Part shown: piece after piece, positions 20,894 through 33,256 of the stretch | How the letters are laid out: the number at the start of each line of letters is the position of its first letter | Numbering within the stretch: position 1 is the first letter of the stretch | Assembly (NCBI GenBank): GCA_964291675.2 | Contig: OZ219866.1 | Span: forward strand, 864,001-928,000 | Direction of reading: 5' to 3' | Source of the DNA: Alphaproteobacteria bacterium | GTDB lineage: Bacteria; Pseudomonadota; Alphaproteobacteria; MPNO01 | Length of the DNA: 64,000 bases | Made by a program: the position numbers and the translations under genes | Notes under the pieces: generated by a model | What the model was told of the DNA's origin: nothing | Databases searched by the model: none | What the model saw: only the letters and a program-made list of their open reading frames with translations

Positions 20894-21948
20894 AGATCGC
20901 CCCCGCCAGGGCCGAGCGCTTCCTCGCCGCCCCGCCCGAAGGCTTGCGCGCCTGCCTGTTCTACGGCCCCGATGGCGGGCTGGTGCGCGAGCGGGCAGAG
21001 GCGCTGGGCAGGCGCCATGTCGGCGATCTCGGCGATGCGTTCCGGGTCGCCTCGGTGGCGCCGGCGGCGCTCGCCGACGAGCCCGGGCTGCTGGCCGACG
21101 AGGCGGCGCAGCTCTCGCTCACCGGCGAGACGAGGCTGGTCCGCCTCGAAGGCGCCGGCGATACGGCCGCCGAGGCCTGCCGCATGCTGCTGGAGCGCGG
21201 CGAGGCGGCGGCGCTGGTGGTCGTCGAGGCGGGCGAGCTCGCGCCGCGCTCGAAGCTGCGCCGGCTGTTCGAGCAGGCCGGGGACGCCGCCGCCATCGCC
21301 TGCTACGCCGACGACGAGGCTTCGCTCGGGCGCCTGATCCGCGAGACCCTCGACGCGGCGGGCATCGCGATCGAGCCCGACGCGGCGGCCTTCCTCGTCG
21401 AACGCCTCGGCGCCGACCGCAAGATCACCCGCTCCGAGCTCGACAAGCTGGTGCTCTATGCCGGCGAGGGCGGCAGGATAACCCTGGAGGACGCCGCCGC
21501 GAGCTGCGGCGCCGAGGCGAGCCTCACCATCGACGAGCTGTGCGACGCGGCGGCGGTCGGGCGCGCGCAGGAAGTGATCGCCGGCTGCGACGCGCTCGCC
21601 GGCGAAGGGGTGCATGCGGTCGCCATTCTGCGCGCCGCGCAGCGCCACTTCTCCCGCCTGCAGCTCGCCGCCGCCCGCATCGAGGCCGGCGCCGGCGCCG
21701 AGGGCGCGATCAAGGCGCTGCGCCCGCCGGTGTTTTTTCGCCGCCAGCCCGCCTTCCGCGCCGCGCTCGGGCTGTGGAGCGCTGCGCGCGCCGGCTGGGC
21801 GCTCGAACGCCTGGTCGCCGCCGAGGCGGCGTGCAAGCGGACCGGCGCCCCCGCCGAGGCGCTCTCCGCCGACGCCCTGCTCGCCATCGCGCGCCAGGCG
21901 GGCCCTTCGATACGCCGCCCTTCGATAGGGGCTGATACCGAATACTAG
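20890..21948 (+). CDS. holA: DNA polymerase III delta subunit
   Basis: LFYGPDGGLVRE, SKLRRLFE, ELDKLVLY, RPPVFF. Confidence 0.92.
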   Translation: MKIAPARAERFLAAPPEGLRACLFYGPDGGLVRERAEALGRRHVGDLGDAFRVASVAPAALADEPGLLADEAAQLSLTGETRLVRLEGAGDTAAEACRMLLERGEAAALVVVEAGELAPRSKLRRLFEQAGDAAAIACYADDEASLGRLIRETLDAAGIAIEPDAAAFLVERLGADRKITRSELDKLVLYAGEGGRITLEDAAASCGAEASLTIDELCDAAAVGRAQEVIAGCDALAGEGVHAVAILRAAQRHFSRLQLAAARIEAGAGAEGAIKALRPPVFFRRQPAFRAALGLWSAARAGWALERLVAAEAACKRTGAPAEALSADALLAIARQAGPSIRRPSIGADTEY

Positions 21949-22503
21949 ACGGGCGGGACGCCAACGACACTTCTTCCGTCATGCCCGGCCCCCGGATCGA
22001 GTCCGGGGGTGATCCGGGCACCCACTGGCGCCGCCGCCCCTCCCGACGGGGCGTTGTACCGGTGGCGCCAGTGGTTGCGCGGATCAAGTCCGCGCATGGG
22101 TGGCCGGATCAAGTCCGGCCATGACGGGGTGGGGGTGGCGGTGGAGAAGCACGGGAGCCGGGTGCGGCCCGCCCCGCCCGTGGGTGCCCGGAACGAGGCC
22201 GGGGATCGCCGGCGGGCACGCCGCAGATCGCGCCGCGCGGCCGCGCCGCCCCCCGTGGCGCCCGGCCCCCGCTCCTTCTCCCCGTTGCTCCACCGACACT
22301 CCCGCTACTCCCCACCCCGTCATGCCCGGACTTGATCCGGGCACCCATGGCCGGACTTGATCCGGCCACCCACTGGCGCCGCCACCCCTCCCCACGGCCC
22401 GCCGTGCGCGCCGATAGGCCGCATGTTTGAGGGCTGCCGGGGATGAGGGAACTGAAAAAAACCCCTCATCCCGAGTAGCGGCGAAGCCGCGTATCGAGGG
22501 ACG
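21904..22503. repeat. large repeat cluster (family B ends, several family A palindromes, 228-bp composite 21977..22204)
   Basis: Multiple GGCCGGATCAAGTCCGGCC and GCCCGGACTTGATCCGGGC units; family B at 21904 and 22462..22502. Confidence 0.85.
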
Positions 22504-22505
22504 CC

Positions 22506-22982
22506 CTACAGCGGCACCACGAGCAGGGTGTCGACGGTGCGCGAGTCGCAGACCACGACGCGCTCGGCGAATTTTAGGGCGCCGTCCCGCTCCACGATGC
22601 GGTCGAGATAGCGGCCGCAGGCGAATACCGACATGGCGCCGGAATGCATGGTGCGGACGACGATGAAGTTGGTCCGCGCGGCGTGGACCCCGTCCCCGCC
22701 CGCGGCCGGCTCGGCCGCGCCCAGCGTGTGGCAGTAGCTGTGCGGCTCGAAGATGTTGGCGGTCCGCATCGCGCGCACCCGGTCGCGCATCATCGCCGCG
22801 CCCTGGCAATGGACGATGGCGAGCGGCAGCGCCGCCTCGTGGTTCTCCCTGGTGACGATGCGGTAGAGCCCGTCTTCGGTGAAGAAGCCGGGCCAGTCCT
22901 CCAGCCGGTCGTCGTCGATGGCATGCGCGTAGGCCGTGTTGAGCCGCCCGATGCGCGCGGCCAGCTCGCCCGCCCCGGTCAC
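22506..22982 (-). CDS. aromatic ring-hydroxylating oxygenase beta subunit
   Basis: YAHAIDDDRLEDWPGFF, GRYLD, RVVVCDS; GTGA overlap with the alpha subunit. Confidence 0.88.
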   Translation of the reverse strand: MTGAGELAARIGRLNTAYAHAIDDDRLEDWPGFFTEDGLYRIVTRENHEAALPLAIVHCQGAAMMRDRVRAMRTANIFEPHSYCHTLGAAEPAAGGDGVHAARTNFIVVRTMHSGAMSVFACGRYLDRIVERDGALKFAERVVVCDSRTVDTLLVVPL

Positions 22983-24205
22983 AGCGCCATGCAGTCCCGC
23001 CAGGCGCGCCAGAAGCCGCGCACCGCCGCCTCGGTGACGCGCGATGCGCCGGCCGGCTCGATGGCGGTGCCGCCCATGCGCATGAAGCTGCGCTCCTCGG
23101 GCACGCTCCTGGTCGCGGCGTCGATGAAGCCGCCGATGCAGCCGTCCTCCATCGACACATAGCCCGCCGGGCCGACCAGGTTGTTGACCTTGAGCCTGAG
23201 CGCCTCCAGCGGCTCGTCGTCGTCCTCGAAGCCGAGCACGGTCCATCTCAGCTCGCACTCCTCCGGCCCCCGAGGCAGGAGCTGGCGGACGGCGAGCGCG
23301 TTCAGGATCTGCTGCACCACCAGGGTCGGAAAGATGGTCTGGATGGAGTTGGTGATGCGGTCGCCGAGCTCGAGGCGGTGCTCCATCAGCGAGGGGTCCT
23401 CGAGCGCGTATTGCTGTTTAAGCGAGCGCACCGCCTCGGCGCCCTCGCGCTCGCTGCCGTCGGCGGCGCGCTCGGTGAAGCTCAGATGGTGCCAGCCGTT
23501 CTCGCTGAGCACGATCCCGCCGCCCATGGTGAAGCGGACGATGCCGAAGGTGTTGTGGAAGACGTGCAGCAGGGTCGCGTGGTAGCTGTCCTTGGTGTTC
23601 TCGGCATAAAACTTCCAGTTGTTGGGCAGCATCTGGCTGTGATAGCCGAGCACCCGGACCGGCTTGACCAACACCCGGTCGAGCGCCGCCAGCATGGCCG
23701 GCCCGACATAGGTCTCCAGATCCGCGACATCCTCGGAGAAGGTGGCGAACACCAGCCCGCTGCGCGTCGCGCAGCGCAGCCGGCGCAGCCCGTGCGCTGC
23801 GGGCTCGAACCCCGGCTCCATGCCGCCCTCGCCGCGCACCCCGCGGCCGAACGCGACCCCGGTCAGCCGGCCGGCGAGGTCGTAGGTCCAGTTGTGGTAG
23901 ACGCAGGTAAACTCGCTCACCCTGCCGCGCGGCCTGTAGCAGAGCAGCGCGCCCTTGTGGGCGCAGCGGTTGACCAGCGCGTTGATGCCGCCATCCGCGT
24001 CGCGCACCGCGATAATCGGGGCGTCGCCGATGAAGCACGCCTTGTAGTCGCCGGGCCCGGGGATCTCGGCTTCGAGGCAGAGGAAGTTCCAGGTGGGCCC
24101 GCGGAAGATCCGCTCCTGCTCGCGGGCATGGATGCCGGGGTCGCTGTAGACCCGGTAGGGCACCCGCGAGACGTCGTCGTCGGGCCAGAGGGGGGCGGTG
24201 CTCAT
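22979..24205 (-). CDS. Rieske oxygenase alpha subunit, salicylate 5-hydroxylase/anthranilate dioxygenase-like
   Basis: NRCAHKG...CVYHNW Rieske motif; NWKFYAEN-DSYHATLLH; GPAGYVSMEDG. Confidence 0.9.
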   Translation of the reverse strand: MSTAPLWPDDDVSRVPYRVYSDPGIHAREQERIFRGPTWNFLCLEAEIPGPGDYKACFIGDAPIIAVRDADGGINALVNRCAHKGALLCYRPRGRVSEFTCVYHNWTYDLAGRLTGVAFGRGVRGEGGMEPGFEPAAHGLRRLRCATRSGLVFATFSEDVADLETYVGPAMLAALDRVLVKPVRVLGYHSQMLPNNWKFYAENTKDSYHATLLHVFHNTFGIVRFTMGGGIVLSENGWHHLSFTERAADGSEREGAEAVRSLKQQYALEDPSLMEHRLELGDRITNSIQTIFPTLVVQQILNALAVRQLLPRGPEECELRWTVLGFEDDDEPLEALRLKVNNLVGPAGYVSMEDGCIGGFIDAATRSVPEERSFMRMGGTAIEPAGASRVTEAAVRGFWRAWRDCMAL

Positions 24206-24273
24206 CCCGGGCCGAGGATAGGCGATCCCCCGCTTCGTGTCATACTGCGATCGATCGAACGGGGGGCCGCATC

Positions 24274-25422
24274 ATGGCGAGAGAAACGGGCGAGACGCGG
24301 CGCGTTACCGTCGACGGAAGGACGCTGGAGGCCTGGTTCGCGGTCCACCGCGGCGGCGCGGGGCCCGGCCTGCTGCTGCTCGCCGACGCGGCGGGGCTGG
24401 ATGCCGGGATCCGGGCGCGCGCGGCGCTGTTCGCCGAGGAGGGCTATGCGGTGCTCGCCGTCGCCGGTCTCACCCGGCCGGGCGAGGTCCGCGCGGCGGC
24501 CGACGCGCTGCGCGCGATGCCCGAGCACGCGGGCGGCACCGGGGCGCTCGGCCACGGCGCGGGCGGGGCGCTCGCCTGCCGGGCGGCGTCGGAATTCGAC
24601 GCGGCGGTCGCGTTCGACCCGGCGGAGCTGGACGAGGCATCGGAGATCGCCGCCGGTTGCCCGGCGCTGCTGGTCTTCGGCACCCGGGACGACGTGGAAG
24701 CCGAGCGGGCGGCGGCACGCATCGAGCGCGGCCTCGACCGGAGCGACGGCAGCTCGGTCGTGCGCTACCAAACGGCGGCCCCCGGCTTCGCGATCCCGCA
24801 CCGGGCCGCGTTCGACAAGCGCGCCGACAGCCTCGCCCACAGCAGGGCGCTCGGGCTGTTGCGCCGCGCGCTCGGCCCGCATTACGACCTCGTCGCGCTG
24901 TTCGAGGCGCATGTGCGCCACGAGTTCGAGACCCGCGACGTCGACGCCACCATGGCGACGATGATCGACGAGCCCTATGTCAACCACGTGCCGACGCTGG
25001 CCGGCGGCGTCGGCCACGACATGCTCAAGCGGTTCTACAAGTACCACTTCGTCGAGCAGAACTCGCAGGAGCGCTCCAGCACCCTGGTCTCGGAGACCGT
25101 CGGCCCCGACCGCATCGTGCTGGAGACGGTGGTCCGCTTCCGCCACGACCGGGTGCTCGACCGCTACTTCCCCGGCATCGCGCCGACCGGCAGGACGGTG
25201 GAGATCCCGACGCTGCTGCTGGTCCGGTTCCGCGGCGACCGGGTGTGCCACGAGCACATCTACTGGGACCAGGCATCGGCGCTCAGCCAGATCGGCGCGC
25301 TCGACGCGGCGGGGCTCCCCATCGCCGGCGCCGAGGCGGCGGCCAAGGTGCTGGACGAGACCCGCCCGTCCAACGTCTTCATGCGGGACGCCTGGGCGGA
25401 GAGCGAAGGCAAGCCGATTTGA
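24274..25422 (+). CDS. degenerate dienelactone hydrolase domain fused to a SnoaL/NTF2-like domain
   Basis: Eroded DLH N-terminus (GHGAGG instead of GxCxGG); EFETRDVDATMATM, YVNHVPT, HEHIYWDQAS. Confidence 0.8.
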   Translation: MARETGETRRVTVDGRTLEAWFAVHRGGAGPGLLLLADAAGLDAGIRARAALFAEEGYAVLAVAGLTRPGEVRAAADALRAMPEHAGGTGALGHGAGGALACRAASEFDAAVAFDPAELDEASEIAAGCPALLVFGTRDDVEAERAAARIERGLDRSDGSSVVRYQTAAPGFAIPHRAAFDKRADSLAHSRALGLLRRALGPHYDLVALFEAHVRHEFETRDVDATMATMIDEPYVNHVPTLAGGVGHDMLKRFYKYHFVEQNSQERSSTLVSETVGPDRIVLETVVRFRHDRVLDRYFPGIAPTGRTVEIPTLLLVRFRGDRVCHEHIYWDQASALSQIGALDAAGLPIAGAEAAAKVLDETRPSNVFMRDAWAESEGKPI

Positions 25423-25498
25423 GCCCGCGCCGGTCTCTGCTAGGCTTTCCGCCTCGATGAACGAAGACCGGCTCGGGCCGGGGAGAGGGAGACATTCG

Positions 25499-26515
25499 AT
25501 GACAGCACGCAGACTCATCGCCGCCGTGCTCGCGGCGGGCGTGGCCGGGGGCGCCGCGGCCACCGCCGAGGCCCAGCTCAAGCGGATCACGATCGGCAGC
25601 AACCCGGCGGGATCGACCTACTTCCTGCTGGCGGGCGGCTTCGCCAAGCACTTCCAGCAGGACCTGAAGATCCGCTCGACCGCCCAGCCGCATGCCGGAT
25701 CGTCGGTCTACCTGCCGCTGATGAACAAGGGCGAGATCGTGATGGGGCTCAACTCGAGCCTGGATTCCGGCATGGCGGTCGCCGGCACCCGGCCGTTCAA
25801 GGAGAAGATCAAGAACGTCCGCATGCTGGCGCGCATCTGGATCCTTCCCTACGCCTACATGGTCAAGGAGAACTCGGGCATCAAGACGATCGACGATTTG
25901 CGCGGCAAGAAGGTGATCGTCAAGGTCAAGACCAACGTCTCGCTCGCCCAGGCCAACGCGACGCTGCTGTCGACCGCCGGCATGACCACGAAGGACGTGG
26001 ACCCGGTGGACTCGGGCGGCGTGGTCAACGGCATCAACATGGTGGTCGAGGACCGCGCCGCCGCGACCACGGTCGCGCTCGCCATGCCGGCGATGCGCAA
26101 GACCCACGCGACGGTGCCCGGCGGGCTGCGCATCCTGCCGCTCGGCAAGCTGGCCAATAACGAGATGCTCGCCGAGGGCATGGCCGGGCTCTACACGCTG
26201 AAGGTCAAGCCCAGCAAGCGCTACCCCTTCGTCCGCGAGCCGATCACCATCGCCGCGTTCGACTCCTATCTCAACGCCTCGGCGGACAAGGTGGGCGACG
26301 AGGACGCGTACCGGCTCGCCAGGTCGCTGCACACCAACTGGAAGAAGCTGCAGAAGGATTACGGGCCGCTGCGCGGGACGCCGCAGGACGGGCTCGCCCC
26401 GGCCAACACGGCGATGCCCTACCACCCGGGGGCGATCAAGTACTACAAGGAAGCCGGGCTCTGGACGGCCGCGCACGATGCGGGCCAGGCCAAGGTCCTG
26501 AGCATGGTCGAGTAG
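25499..26515 (+). CDS. TAXI-family TRAP solute-binding protein
   Basis: Signal peptide; ITIGSNPAGSTY, IKTIDDLRGKKV, PYHPGAIKYYKEAG. Confidence 0.9.
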   Translation: MTARRLIAAVLAAGVAGGAAATAEAQLKRITIGSNPAGSTYFLLAGGFAKHFQQDLKIRSTAQPHAGSSVYLPLMNKGEIVMGLNSSLDSGMAVAGTRPFKEKIKNVRMLARIWILPYAYMVKENSGIKTIDDLRGKKVIVKVKTNVSLAQANATLLSTAGMTTKDVDPVDSGGVVNGINMVVEDRAAATTVALAMPAMRKTHATVPGGLRILPLGKLANNEMLAEGMAGLYTLKVKPSKRYPFVREPITIAAFDSYLNASADKVGDEDAYRLARSLHTNWKKLQKDYGPLRGTPQDGLAPANTAMPYHPGAIKYYKEAGLWTAAHDAGQAKVLSMVE

Positions 26516-26540
26516 CCCACGCCGCAGTCGAGGCGGGGCG

Positions 26541-28451
26541 ATGCGCGGCTCCGGCGCCCCGATGCAGCGGCTGACGGCGCTGCTGCTGCGCGCCTGCCTC
26601 GGCGCGGTGCCGATCATCGGGATCCTCTGGATCTTCGCGGTCGCCGACCGTTTCGGCTTCGCCTTCACCTTCCAGCAGGCGATCGGCGTCGTCCTCGGGC
26701 TGTCGATCGCCGCCGCCTATCTCAAATACCCCTACGGCACCCGGGCCGGGGCGCTGGAGATCGCGCTCGCCATCGTCTCGTTCGCGGCGTGGTTCTGGAT
26801 GTCGTGGAACTTCGAGGACTGGATCGTCGGCATGGCGGACCGCACGCCCGACAAGTGGGTGCCGGGCGTGGTCGCCGTGCTGGCCATGATGGAGGCGCTC
26901 AGGAAGGCCTGCGGCAAGGTGATCACCGTCCTGGTCTGGGTGATGATCGTCTACGCCTATTTCGGCGACATCCTGCCGGGCGCGCTGGAGGCCGAGGTCT
27001 TCCCGCCGACCAAGACGGTGCTCTACCTCTACGCCGACAACAACGGCATCCCCGGCCTGGTGCTGCGCGTGGTCACCGAGCTCGTGCTCGCCTTCATCAT
27101 CCTCGGCAAGCTGCTCGAGGTCTCCGGCGCGACGCGGTTCTTCACCGACCTCGCCATGGGGCTGATGGGCCACCGCCGGGGCGGCCCGGCCAAGGTCGCC
27201 GTCGTCGCCTCCAGCGCCTTCGGCACGATCTCGGGCTCGGCGGTCGGCAACATCATGTCGACCGGGATCGTCACCATCCCGATGATGAAGCGCACCGGGT
27301 TCGAGCCGCGCTACGCCGCCGGCATCGAGGCGGTGGCCTCCAATGGCGGGCAGATCGCCCCGCCGGTGATGGGGGCGACCGCCTTCATCATCGCCGAGTT
27401 CCTCGAACTCCCCTATATCGACGTGGTCATCGCCGCCGCGGTTCCGGCGGCGCTCTACTACCTGGTGCTGTTCCTCCAGGTCGATGCCATCGCGGCGCGG
27501 TTCGGCCTGCGCGGCCTGCCGAAATCGGAGCTGCCCCGCGTGCTGAAGGTGCTGCTGTCGGGCTGGGTGTTCCTGCTGCCGCTGGGCGTGCTGCTCTACT
27601 TCCTGTTCGGGCTGGGATACAACCCCGGCCTCTCGGCGATGTATGCCGCCGCCTCGCTGCTCCTGCTGTTCATCCTGAAGAGCCGGCGCCTGCCGAGCCG
27701 CGCCGAATGGTCCGACTTCATCTTCGGCGCGGGCGAGAACCTGCTGCCGCTGATGCTGATCGCCGGCGGGGCGGGGGTGGTGATGGGGGTGCTGAACGCG
27801 AGCGGGCTCGCCTTCCAGCTCTCGATCATCCTCGCCGAGCTCGGCCAGAGCGCCGGCATCTTCTGGATGCTGGTGGTGACCGCCCTGGTCTCCATCGTGC
27901 TTGGCATGGGGATGCCGACGGCGGCGGTCTACATCATCCTCGCCACGGTGATCGCGCCGGCCCTGGTCGAGATCGGCATAGAGCCGATAGCCGCCCATCT
28001 GTTCCTGTTCTATTTCGGGCTGTTGAGCATGCTGACCCCGCCGGTCGCGGTGGCCAGCATGGTGGCGGCGGGGATCGCCGGCTCCGACATGTGGCGCACC
28101 GGGCTGGTCGGCATGCAGCTCGCCGCCGCGGCCTATCTGCTGCCCTTCCTGTGGGCCTTCAACCCGGCGCTGGTGATGGAGGGGAGCTGGGTGGCGGTGG
28201 TCTATGTCGGGCTGACCGCGCTCGCCGCCGGGTTCCTGATCGCCGAGGCGGTGATCACCTGGGGCGACGGCGGCATCGCCAGGATCGGGCTCGCCCTGTT
28301 CTACTTCGCCGCGGCCATCGCGGTCGGCGGCTCGACCGTCTGGCTCGGCGCCGAATCCCCGCTCGCCCTGCCGGTCGCGGCGGCCGGCGGCGGCATCGCC
28401 TATCTCGCCCGGCGCAGCGCGGCGATGCGCCTCAAGGCGCGCGCTCTCTAG
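26541..28451 (+). CDS. TRAP transporter fused 4TM/12TM permease
   Basis: GGPAKVAVVAS, GTISGSAVGN, GGQIAPPVMGA, LGMGMPT, TPPVA; start may be 26562. Confidence 0.92.
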   Translation: MRGSGAPMQRLTALLLRACLGAVPIIGILWIFAVADRFGFAFTFQQAIGVVLGLSIAAAYLKYPYGTRAGALEIALAIVSFAAWFWMSWNFEDWIVGMADRTPDKWVPGVVAVLAMMEALRKACGKVITVLVWVMIVYAYFGDILPGALEAEVFPPTKTVLYLYADNNGIPGLVLRVVTELVLAFIILGKLLEVSGATRFFTDLAMGLMGHRRGGPAKVAVVASSAFGTISGSAVGNIMSTGIVTIPMMKRTGFEPRYAAGIEAVASNGGQIAPPVMGATAFIIAEFLELPYIDVVIAAAVPAALYYLVLFLQVDAIAARFGLRGLPKSELPRVLKVLLSGWVFLLPLGVLLYFLFGLGYNPGLSAMYAAASLLLLFILKSRRLPSRAEWSDFIFGAGENLLPLMLIAGGAGVVMGVLNASGLAFQLSIILAELGQSAGIFWMLVVTALVSIVLGMGMPTAAVYIILATVIAPALVEIGIEPIAAHLFLFYFGLLSMLTPPVAVASMVAAGIAGSDMWRTGLVGMQLAAAAYLLPFLWAFNPALVMEGSWVAVVYVGLTALAAGFLIAEAVITWGDGGIARIGLALFYFAAAIAVGGSTVWLGAESPLALPVAAAGGGIAYLARRSAAMRLKARAL

Positions 28452-29467
28452 GCAGCGGCCTCGGCGGCCAGGCGTTCCTCCAGGATGCGGCGTCCCTGGA
28501 AGGCGGCGTTGTCGACGTTGATGTCGATCATGGGCCGGCCCGCGCTGCGGTCGAGGCTCTTCTGCTGGGCCTCGATGGCGACCGTGTCCTCCCGGAGCGC
28601 CGACGAGAACATGCCGCGCAGCTCCTCGGTGAAGGCCGCGTCGTCGAGCCGGAAATTGCGCGCGTGGTGCCAGAAGTAATGCGTCGAGGCGGCGGTCTCG
28701 GGCGTCATGGTGTGGTTCGAGTAGACCTCGGCGGCGCGGCTGCGGTCGCCCTCGCGCGCGCCGGAGCCGGCGATCGCGCTGCCGGCGTCGATCACGATGT
28801 AGGACGGCGCGCGGAAATAGACGTTCTGCCAGCGGTCGACATTGGCGTTGGTGCCGAGCGCGTGGGCGTAGAACGGCGAGGGCGGGGTGTCGAAGGTCCA
28901 GCGGCTGACATGGACCGTGTCCGGGCTCCGCCTGACCTCGATCTCGGCGTCCTGGTCGCCCGGCGCGCCGAGCGTGTTCGCGTGCAGGAACTGGATATGC
29001 GACAGGTCGAGCAAATTGTCGTTCATCAGCCGGTAGTCGCCGGCGACGTGGTAGACGTCGCCATAGGCGGTCCATTCCGGGTCGTCGTTCCAGTGGTAGT
29101 CGGGGATCAGCTCGGGATCGGCGGCGTCCGGATCGCCCATCCAGATCCACACCCAGCGCCAGCGCTCGACCGCGGGCCAGGCGCGCACAGCCGCGCCGGG
29201 CGGGATCGTCGACTGCCCGGGCACCCTCACGCAGCGCCCGTCGAAGGCGAATTCGAGCCCGTGATAGCCGCACTGCACGGTATCTTCGAGCAGCCGGCCG
29301 CGGGACAGCGGCATCGAGCGGTGGCAGCAGCGGTTCTCCAGCGCGCGCGGCTTGCCGTCGGGTCCGCGGAACAGCACCACCGGCTGGTCGAGGATGGTGC
29401 GCGCGAGGAACCCGCCGTCGAGCTCATGGTCCCAGGCGGCGACATACCAGCAATTGCGCAAAAACAT
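28448..29467 (-). CDS. Rieske monooxygenase, vanillate O-demethylase (VanA)-like
   Basis: [40 protein letters not shown]. Confidence 0.88.
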   Translation of the reverse strand: MFLRNCWYVAAWDHELDGGFLARTILDQPVVLFRGPDGKPRALENRCCHRSMPLSRGRLLEDTVQCGYHGLEFAFDGRCVRVPGQSTIPPGAAVRAWPAVERWRWVWIWMGDPDAADPELIPDYHWNDDPEWTAYGDVYHVAGDYRLMNDNLLDLSHIQFLHANTLGAPGDQDAEIEVRRSPDTVHVSRWTFDTPPSPFYAHALGTNANVDRWQNVYFRAPSYIVIDAGSAIAGSGAREGDRSRAAEVYSNHTMTPETAASTHYFWHHARNFRLDDAAFTEELRGMFSSALREDTVAIEAQQKSLDRSAGRPMIDINVDNAAFQGRRILEERLAAEAAA

Positions 29468-29516
29468 CCGGACCTCCCTGTTCGCCGGGCGATGGTCGAA
29501 CGACCGGGCGGCCGCG

Positions 29517-31895
<2,379 letters not shown>

Positions 31896-32113
31896 TGCCG
31901 ATCCTCCAGAGATGCGGAACCTTGGACGGTCCCATCGCGGATTAGTGTATCCTACGCTGCTTGAAAATCACCCACACGGAAACATAGCCTTCTCTGCAAC
32001 GCGGCGACCGGTGAGTGGCGGCCGGATGATGCGCCTACGACGTTGATCCAGCCGCTACGGGAGCCTGCACGATCCGCAAGGTCAGGCGCGCGGCCGGAAA
32101 GCTCTTCTCCAGG

Positions 32114-33250
32114 ATGCTGACGACGCCATCTCCGCCTTCCGCTCGGCGCGGCCCGCTCTCCGTCCTGATCGTTCACCCCAGCAGGACAAGGCGCGGCGGG
32201 ATAGTGAACGCCACCTTGGCGCATGCGCTGGGTTTGCATCTGCGCGGTCATGTGGTGGAAGTTTGGACGGCGTCTCAGGCCCTGGCCGCTTCGCTCGAAG
32301 CACGTGGGATTTCGGTCTTCGCGCATCCGGCGATTTCCAGCGCAATGGGGTTGAGCCTGTCGCGCGCGATACGCGCACGCGGACGAAGTCTGCGGGCGGC
32401 GGGCGTCGACGCGGTTGTTCATCAAGGCGCGAAATCCTATCTCTGGTCACGGCTTGGGATGCGGCGCGCCCTTCACGCCGTGGTTTTCCATAATCGCAAA
32501 TTGGGTGGTCGGCGGCGTTTCGACCATTGGTTCGTGCTCTCCCATGCGCACGCAGCGGAGCTGACTTCGAACCCGCTTCATGCCAAGGGAAAAACCTTGC
32601 ACGTCATCCGCAACGGATACGCGATGGAAGACCGGGCAGGTCCCGCCGGATTTCGCGACGCCCGATCCCGGGACGGACATTGCCGTTATCGGATTGGCAC
32701 GCTGTGCGAGCTGAATCGGAACAAGGGTGTCGATCTGCTGCTCCAGGCGGTAGCCGAGTTGGTCGCGGCGGGCATGCCGATCAAATTGCTGGTGGGCGGG
32801 GCGGGTCCGGAAGAAGCAGCGCTAAAGCGCTCGGCGGGCGAGCTCGGTATCTCCGGCTCGGTCCGCTGGCTCGGCTGGGTGGAAGACCGTGCGGCGTTCT
32901 TTCGAGAAATCGACGTATTTTGCCTGGCGTCCCGCGTCGAACCGTTCGGTCTGGCCGTGATCGAGGCAATGGCTGCGGGCGTGCCGACGATCGCGAGCCG
33001 CACGGACGGAGCGCTGGAAATTCTTGCCCACGACACCACCGGATGGTTGTTTCCCGTCAACGACCAGAGCGCGCTTTGCGACATCATCCGACGAACCTTG
33101 AACGATCCCGTGAACCGGGGCCGGGTCGCCGAACGCGCGATGGTCGATGTCGAACGCCGTTTCAGCCCGCAGGCCGCGGCCGAGACGATCGAGAGCGCGT
33201 TGACGGAGCTTTTGGGCGACAACCCGGATCGGGGCGCCAGACCGGCATGA
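32114..33250 (+). CDS. glycosyltransferase family 4
   Basis: NKGVDLLLQA, FCLASRVEPFGLAVIEAMAAGVP; lower GC than its flanks; start uncertain. Confidence 0.88.
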   Translation: MLTTPSPPSARRGPLSVLIVHPSRTRRGGIVNATLAHALGLHLRGHVVEVWTASQALAASLEARGISVFAHPAISSAMGLSLSRAIRARGRSLRAAGVDAVVHQGAKSYLWSRLGMRRALHAVVFHNRKLGGRRRFDHWFVLSHAHAAELTSNPLHAKGKTLHVIRNGYAMEDRAGPAGFRDARSRDGHCRYRIGTLCELNRNKGVDLLLQAVAELVAAGMPIKLLVGGAGPEEAALKRSAGELGISGSVRWLGWVEDRAAFFREIDVFCLASRVEPFGLAVIEAMAAGVPTIASRTDGALEILAHDTTGWLFPVNDQSALCDIIRRTLNDPVNRGRVAERAMVDVERRFSPQAAAETIESALTELLGDNPDRGARPA

Positions 33251-33256
33251 AACCGC

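Noticed and set aside
21977-22380. Repeat clusters as a CRISPR array
   Set aside because: Units alternate in orientation, spacing is irregular, they are dispersed across intergenic regions, and no cas genes are present; REP-like instead
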